Assembly: GCA_963776375.1 (NCBI GenBank)
Contig: CAVZMF010000005.1
Span: 625,595 to 689,594 of the forward strand
Source of the DNA: an uncultured Actinomycetes bacterium
Lineage (GTDB): Bacteria; Actinomycetota; Thermoleophilia; Gaiellales; Gaiellaceae
Direction: 5' to 3'
DNA length: 64,000 nt
Below are positions 59,436 through 64,000 of this stretch, in pieces; position 1 is the first letter of the stretch; the number at the start of each line of letters is the position of its first letter. The notes under the pieces were generated by a model. It was not told where the DNA came from, searched no databases, and worked only from the letters and a program-made list of their open reading frames with translations. The translations under genes and the position numbers were made by a program.

Positions 59436-59636
59436 ATGCACACGCAGCAGACATCCATCACCAGGCGGCAGGCGCTCGCGCTCGCCGCGGCTCTCACTCT
59501 CGCGCTCGGCACCGCCGGCGCAGCGCTCACGGGGATCGCGCACAGGCCTGCGCCCCCGGCAGCCGTCTCGTCCGTCTCGTCCGTCGCCCCACAGGTCTCG
59601 GGGCCCGCCCGGGCCGTCCAGGAGATGGACGACTGA
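59436..59636 (+). CDS. Small hypothetical protein with a Tat-like signal (TRRQALALAAA)
   Basis: 66 aa. The stop overlaps the next ATG (ATGA). Coding status is supported only by this coupling and by GC3. Confidence 0.45.
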   Translation: MHTQQTSITRRQALALAAALTLALGTAGAALTGIAHRPAPPAAVSSVSSVAPQVSGPARAVQEMDD

Positions 59637-59851
59637 TGCGCCGCGTCTGGGCATCCGTCGTGTCCGTCTGGGCAGTCCTCGCGATCGTCGCCGTCCTCGC
59701 ATGGTCTCGGCCGAGCGCTCCGGTTGCGCGGCCGCAGCCGACGCCGACCGTCCTCGTCGTCAAGGGCAAGAACGGGACGCAAAAGCTCGTCGTCGTCAAG
59801 ACCGCGGGCGCGGCGCCCCACGCCACGACGCAGACCTCGCCGCCGCGATGA
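59636..59851 (+). CDS. Small membrane-anchored hypothetical protein
   Basis: 71 aa with an N-terminal TM (VWASVVSVWAVLAIVAVLAW). ATGA overlaps at both ends. Confidence 0.45.
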   Translation: MRRVWASVVSVWAVLAIVAVLAWSRPSAPVARPQPTPTVLVVKGKNGTQKLVVVKTAGAAPHATTQTSPPR

Positions 59852-60855
59852 TCGGCCGGCTCGTGGAGCGGACCTTCCGCGCGATGGGCACGACCTGTGC
59901 CGTGGGAGTGACTGCCCGGCCGGGGCAGAGCAAGGCCGCGGCGAGAGCCCTTGCCGCGGGCGAAGCAGAGGTCGCCGCCTGCGAGCGGGCCCTCTCGCGT
60001 TTCGACCAGCGCAGCGACCTCTCGCTGCTCAACCACGCCTCCGGCTCCTGGGTCGAAGCAGACGAACGGCTGGTCTCGGCAGTCCGCGCCGCGCTGCGCG
60101 CCCGGGAGGAGACCGGCGGCCGCTTCGACCCGACCATTCTCCCTGCGCTCGTCGCCGCCGGCTACGACCGCACCTTCGACGACCTGCCTGTCCGGCCGGC
60201 GCGCGAGGCGGCCGGCTGGCGCGCCGGCGCCGAGCTCGAGGCCGATCCCGACACCGGTCGCGTCCGCATCGAGAGCGGCGCCGCGCTCGACCTGGGCGGC
60301 ATCGGCAAGGGCTTCTCGGCCGGACGGGCACTCGACGTAATGCTTCGCGCCGGCCCCGAGCTCGACGGCGGCCTCGTCGACCTGGGCGGAGACATCGCAG
60401 CGGGCGGAACGCCGCCGGACGGCCCGCTCTGGCGCGTCGGCATCGCCGACGCGCGCCGGCCCGGCGAGCTGCTTGGAACGCTCGGGCTGTTCGAGGGCAG
60501 CGTGGCCACGTCCGGACGCGACCGCCGGCGCTTCGGCCCGGACCGCAGCCTCCACCATCTGATCGACCCGGCGACCGGCGCGCCGGCGGACGATGGGCCG
60601 CTCGCGGTCACTCTCGTCGGGCCGGACCCGGCGCAGACCGAGGCACACGCGACCGCGGTCGCGATCTCGAGCCTCGAGGACGCGCGCGACCATCTCGAGG
60701 CCTTTCCGCAGCTCTCCGCCCTCTACGTTCCGGCGGCCGGGGACCCGGTCTCCATCGGCAACCTCGACTACGTCGACGGTTCCATGAGCGTAGGCTTGAC
60801 GGAGCTCATCGAGGAGCGGAGGCGTCGGCTTTGCCGGCGCCGGGAGCGGGTATGA
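59848..60855 (+). CDS. apbE: FAD:protein FMN transferase (ApbE family)
   Basis: RAMGTTCAV, SRFDQRSDLSLLN, LDLGGIGKGFSAGRA and HHLIDPATG motifs. The last 23 codons lie in the duplicated 68-bp unit. Confidence 0.85.
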   Translation: MIGRLVERTFRAMGTTCAVGVTARPGQSKAAARALAAGEAEVAACERALSRFDQRSDLSLLNHASGSWVEADERLVSAVRAALRAREETGGRFDPTILPALVAAGYDRTFDDLPVRPAREAAGWRAGAELEADPDTGRVRIESGAALDLGGIGKGFSAGRALDVMLRAGPELDGGLVDLGGDIAAGGTPPDGPLWRVGIADARRPGELLGTLGLFEGSVATSGRDRRRFGPDRSLHHLIDPATGAPADDGPLAVTLVGPDPAQTEAHATAVAISSLEDARDHLEAFPQLSALYVPAAGDPVSIGNLDYVDGSMSVGLTELIEERRRRLCRRRERV

Positions 60856-60926
60856 GCGTAGGCTTGACGGAGCTCATCGAGGAGCGGAGGCGTCGGCTTT
60901 GCCGGCGCCGGGAGCGGGTATGAGCG
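60784..60926 (+). repeat. Perfect 68-bp tandem duplication (2 copies plus a 7-bp partial copy)
   Basis: 60784-60851 is identical to 60852-60919. Each unit starts with atgagcg, and the same heptamer follows at 60920-60926. Confidence 0.9.
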
Positions 60927-61525
60927 CGGCGCTCGCCCACGCGCCCGTCGCCTGGTACGTCGCCCGCGCCGCCGGCCTCGTCGCCTTCGGCCTGCTCACG
61001 CTGTCCGTCTGGCTCGGACTGGCCATGAGCACGCGGCTCGCGACGCGGTTGCAGAAGCCCCTGTTCGGCTGGCACCAGACGCTCGCGTGGACCGGTCTCT
61101 CCATGCTCGGCCTGCACGCCGGCGCGCTCCTGCTCGACCCGACGATCCATTTCGGCCTGCCGTCGGTGCTCGTGCCGTTCGCGGCCGCGTGGAAGCCGGG
61201 CGCCGTCGCGGCCGGCGTCGTCGCCGGCTGGCTGACCGCGATGCTCGCCGTCTCTTTCCGCCTGCGTCGTTGGATCGGCCAGAAAGGCTGGCGGCGCCTG
61301 CACTACGCGAGCTTTTTCGCCTTCGTGCTCGCACTCGGCCACGCCCTGACCGCGGGAACCGACCTGAAAGGCGTGAACGGCTCCGTCCTCGCCGCCATCG
61401 CCGCCGGGCCCGTGGTCTGGCTGACCTTCTACCGCATCCTCGCGCCGCGGCCTTCTCGCTCCCCGGCGAAATCCGCAACGGCGGTGCGGCATTCTTCGGA
61501 TTCCCCGCGGGCGGCCACTTCGTAG
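60920..61525 (+). CDS. Ferric-reductase-like transmembrane (MsrQ/YedZ-like, di-heme b type) protein
   Basis: 201 aa with 5-6 TM segments. Conserved His residues lie in the TMs (WHQTLAW, GLHAGA, RRLHYASFFAFVLALGHAL). Confidence 0.7.
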   Translation: MSAALAHAPVAWYVARAAGLVAFGLLTLSVWLGLAMSTRLATRLQKPLFGWHQTLAWTGLSMLGLHAGALLLDPTIHFGLPSVLVPFAAAWKPGAVAAGVVAGWLTAMLAVSFRLRRWIGQKGWRRLHYASFFAFVLALGHALTAGTDLKGVNGSVLAAIAAGPVVWLTFYRILAPRPSRSPAKSATAVRHSSDSPRAATS

Positions 61526-61535
61526 CCTTCGTGAC

Positions 61536-62213
61536 GTGAAGGTGCTGATCGTCGAGGACGAGGACGCGATCGCGGAGCCGCTCGCGGAAGGGTTGAGACG
61601 CGAGGGCTTCGTTGTCGAGCGCGCCGAGACCGGCGGGGCCGCGCTCGAGGCGTCGGGCGCCGACCTCGTGCTTCTCGACCTCGGCCTACCGGACGTCGAC
61701 GGCTTCTCGGTCTGCCGGGAGCTTCGCAGCCGGTCTGACGTGCCGATCATCATGGTCACGGCCAAGGGCGAGGAGGTCGACCGCGTCGTCGGCCTCGAGC
61801 TTGGCGCCGACGACTACATCGTCAAGCCGTTCGGCTTCCGCGAGCTCCTCGCCCGGATCCGCGCTGTGACCCGCAGGACGAACGAGCGGGCGCCGACGCG
61901 CACCACTCGCGTGGGGTCGCTCGAGCTCGACGTCCGGGGCCGCCGCGCCCGCGTCGACGGCCGTGAGCTCGACCTCACGCCGAAGGAGTTCGACCTCCTC
62001 GCCCTCCTCGCGCGCGAGCCGGGCGCCGTCGTCTCGCGGGCCGAGATCCTGCAGGAGGTGTGGCAGACGACCTGGTACGGGAGCGCGAAGACGATCGACG
62101 TCCACGTGGCGTCGCTGCGCAAGAAGCTCGGCGACTCGTCGTGGATCGAGACCGTGCGCGGCGTCGGCCTGCGTCTGCACGTGCCGAGCGGCGACGCCAA
62201 CGGCCGCGGCTAG
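61536..62213 (+). CDS. OmpR/PhoB-family response regulator
   Basis: 225 aa. VLIVEDEDAI, LVLLDLGLPDVDG, GADDYIVKPF and a winged-helix C-terminus (LTPKEFDLLALL...VRGVGLRL). Confidence 0.92.
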   Translation: MKVLIVEDEDAIAEPLAEGLRREGFVVERAETGGAALEASGADLVLLDLGLPDVDGFSVCRELRSRSDVPIIMVTAKGEEVDRVVGLELGADDYIVKPFGFRELLARIRAVTRRTNERAPTRTTRVGSLELDVRGRRARVDGRELDLTPKEFDLLALLAREPGAVVSRAEILQEVWQTTWYGSAKTIDVHVASLRKKLGDSSWIETVRGVGLRLHVPSGDANGRG

Positions 62214-62221
62214 GCGAGCCG

Positions 62222-62335
62222 TGTCCGGGGGACAGTCCCTGGAACCGGTCCGGCACAAAAGCGTGACCGGACGCGCAAAGGGCCTGCTCAGCGGGCGCGG
62301 CGGTTCGGACATGTCCGAGGGACAGTCCCTGAAAC
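62222..62335. repeat. Two direct copies of a 24-bp nested-palindrome motif in the response-regulator/kinase spacer
   Basis: tgtccgggggacagtccctggaac (62222-62245) and tgtccgagggacagtccctgaaac (62312-62335) match at 22 of 24 positions. The core palindrome is GGGAC-A-GTCCC, overlapping TGTCC-N3-GGACA. Confidence 0.5.
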
Positions 62336-62369
62336 GAGGGTGTGACGCGTTCCGTGCAGAAGGCGCACG

Positions 62370-63788
62370 ATGAGCCGGCGGCTTCTCGCCACCTACATCA
62401 CGCTGACGGTCGTCGTGCTGGCGGCGCTCGAGATCCCGCTCGGGATCCAGTACGGGCGCAGCGAGAAGCGCGACCTGACGAACGGGATCAAGACGGACGC
62501 GCTCGTGATGGCGACCTTCGCCGAGGATCCGCTCGAGCGCGGGCAGAGCAGAGCGTCGCGGCAGCTCGTCGACGTCGCACGGAAGTACACGCACGATCCC
62601 GGCGGCCGCGTCGTCGTCGTGGACAGGGGCGGCACATCGATCCTGGACACGGCTTCTCCCGCCGGCCGCAGCTTCGCCTCGCGGCCCGAGTTCCGCTCGA
62701 CGCTCGCCGGGCATCCGACGATCGCGACCGGCACCCGCCACTCCGCGACGCTGGGGACGGATTTGATCTACGTCGCCGTCCCGATCAGTGCCCCGAACGG
62801 CAAGACCCTCGGAGCTCTGCGGATCACCTATCCGACCTCCGCGCTCGACTCACGCGTGACGCACTACTGGCTGCTGCTGGCCGCGATCGGCGGGGTCGTG
62901 CTTGCCGCTGCGACCCTCGTCGGGCTCCGCTTCGCGCGGACGCTGACGAAGCCTCTGTCGGCGCTCGAGCAGGCCGCCGCTGCCGTCGGCGCGGGCGATC
63001 TCGATTCCCGCGCACCGGAGCAGGGCCCTCCGGAAATCCGCGCCGTTGCCGCCCAGTTCAACGAGACGGTGGCGCGGCTCGACGCACTGCTCGACTCGCA
63101 GCAGGAGTTCGTCTCCGACGCCTCGCACCAGCTGCGCACGCCGCTGGCCGCGCTCCGGCTGCGCCTCGAGAACCTCGAGCGGGACGTGGACGAAGGCGGG
63201 AAGCGCGACCTCGAGGCAGCGCTCGCCGAGGTCGAGCGGCTCGCGCGTCTCGTCGACGGGCTCCTGGCGCTCGCGCGCGCCGACGCCGCCAAGCCCGAGC
63301 CGGCTGCGGTCGACCTCGAAGCGCTCGTCGCCACCCGCCTCGAGCACTGGCAGCCGGAGGCAGAGCGGCTCAGCGTCGGGCTCGCGGAACTGGTGGATCC
63401 GGGCCTGCAGGCGCTCGCCACCCCGGGCGCGCTCGACCAGGTGCTCGACAACCTGCTCTCGAACGCGCTCGCCGTCTCGCCGCCGGGATCGACGATCGCG
63501 GTCGAGGCACGGGCCGGGGTCGAAGGCGTCGACCTGCACATCATCGACGAGGGACCGGGCATGAGCGCAGAGCAGCGGCGACGGGCATTCGACCGCTTCT
63601 GGCGCGCCGGCCCGTCCGGGACGGGCACAGGCATCGGCCTCGCCGTCGTGCACCGGCTCGTGACCGCAGACGGCGGCTCGGTCGAGCTGCGCGAGGCTTC
63701 CAGCGGCGGGCTCGACGCGGCCGTCCGCCTGCGTCGCAGCCCGAACAGACCCCGGCCGAACCCTAACGCCCGGCTGGTGCGCGCTTAA
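62370..63788 (+). CDS. Sensor histidine kinase (TM-sensor-TM-HAMP-HisKA-HATPase_c)
   Basis: 472 aa. H-box FVSDASHQLRTPLAAL, N-box LDNLLSNAL and G-boxes IIDEGPGM and GTGIGLAVV. Confidence 0.9.
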   Translation: MSRRLLATYITLTVVVLAALEIPLGIQYGRSEKRDLTNGIKTDALVMATFAEDPLERGQSRASRQLVDVARKYTHDPGGRVVVVDRGGTSILDTASPAGRSFASRPEFRSTLAGHPTIATGTRHSATLGTDLIYVAVPISAPNGKTLGALRITYPTSALDSRVTHYWLLLAAIGGVVLAAATLVGLRFARTLTKPLSALEQAAAAVGAGDLDSRAPEQGPPEIRAVAAQFNETVARLDALLDSQQEFVSDASHQLRTPLAALRLRLENLERDVDEGGKRDLEAALAEVERLARLVDGLLALARADAAKPEPAAVDLEALVATRLEHWQPEAERLSVGLAELVDPGLQALATPGALDQVLDNLLSNALAVSPPGSTIAVEARAGVEGVDLHIIDEGPGMSAEQRRRAFDRFWRAGPSGTGTGIGLAVVHRLVTADGGSVELREASSGGLDAAVRLRRSPNRPRPNPNARLVRA

Positions 63789-63833
63789 CCGAGCGGCTCC
63801 TACCTTCGGAGTGTCCACCGAAGGAGGAGTCAG

Positions 63834-64000
63834 ATGCCTCGGAAAGCCGTATTCATCGTCGCCCTGTCGCTGGCCTTCGCCGCCGTCACCGGGACGATTG
63901 CGCTGACGAAGACCGTCCATCCGGGCCAGGCGGCCGCGAAGCCCGCCGTCTCCGACTGGGCGATCGCGAAGCGCACGGCGCAGCTGAACCGCTTCGAGGC
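63834..64000 (+). CDS. Hypothetical signal-anchored protein (3' end truncated by the window edge)
   Basis: Strong SD ggaggag 6 nt upstream of ATG 63834. MPRKAVFIVALSLAFAAVTGTIAL. The frame is open to the end of the window. Confidence 0.5.
   Translation, partial: MPRKAVFIVALSLAFAAVTGTIALTKTVHPGQAAAKPAVSDWAIAKRTAQLNRFE

Noticed and set aside
60852-60923. 23-codon ORF MSVGLTELIEERRRRLCRRRERV* as an independent gene
   Set aside because: It is simply the second copy of the duplicated apbE 3' end.

Overview
This is a high-GC (~70%) actinobacterial-type chromosomal window. The taxon cannot be proven from the sequence; gene order resembles Actinomycetia/Thermoleophilia. I support about 60 protein genes and found no rRNA, tRNA, CRISPR array, transposase or integrase.

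**Left part: housekeeping backbone.** hup, pyrF, an S11 D-Ala-D-Ala carboxypeptidase, a pfkB-type kinase, guaB-guaA, rplM-rpsI-glmM and glmS, resuming later with acpS-nnr-alr.

**Accessory block (~17 kb) between glmS and acpS.**
- A PAP2-like membrane protein, a DUF192 protein, and a LAS/M15-like peptidase with a structured leader.
- A GT87 membrane glycosyltransferase.
- A Gram-positive-type Tad/Flp pilus locus: two tandem flp pilins, tadE-like, tadG-like, cpaB, cpaE/tadZ, cpaF/tadA, a vWA-tadB fusion and tadC. No prepilin peptidase is present.
- A convergent operon of methyltransferase, 573-aa coiled-coil protein and GAP-family membrane protein.
- A clan GH-A glycoside hydrolase and arfB.

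**Right part.**
- A CCA-type nucleotidyltransferase, a methyltransferase, and two tandem M29 aminopeptidases.
- An overlapping operon of REC, PAS-GAF histidine kinase and cyclase-REC-LuxR protein.
- A small-ORF/CMD/MFS operon, a LAL-type LuxR regulator and an SDR.
- A ~1137-aa S8 protease, fabI, and arsR-osmC-MMPL.
- An apbE/ferric-reductase-like module and an OmpR-type two-component system.

**Sequence-level oddities.**
- About 18-20 single-base frameshifts, mostly one extra G/C, cluster in a few genes. These are guaB, a PLD-like gene, a nitroreductase, the glycoside hydrolase, the first aminopeptidase and the S8 protease.
- There is no stop codon between rplM and rpsI.
- A perfect 68-bp tandem duplication sits at the apbE stop.
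- A ~110-bp two-hairpin element occurs at two gene 3' ends.
- Repeated nested palindromes lie in an unusual response-regulator/kinase spacer.

I did not find a clearly novel multi-gene system. The best candidates for follow-up are listed in the findings.
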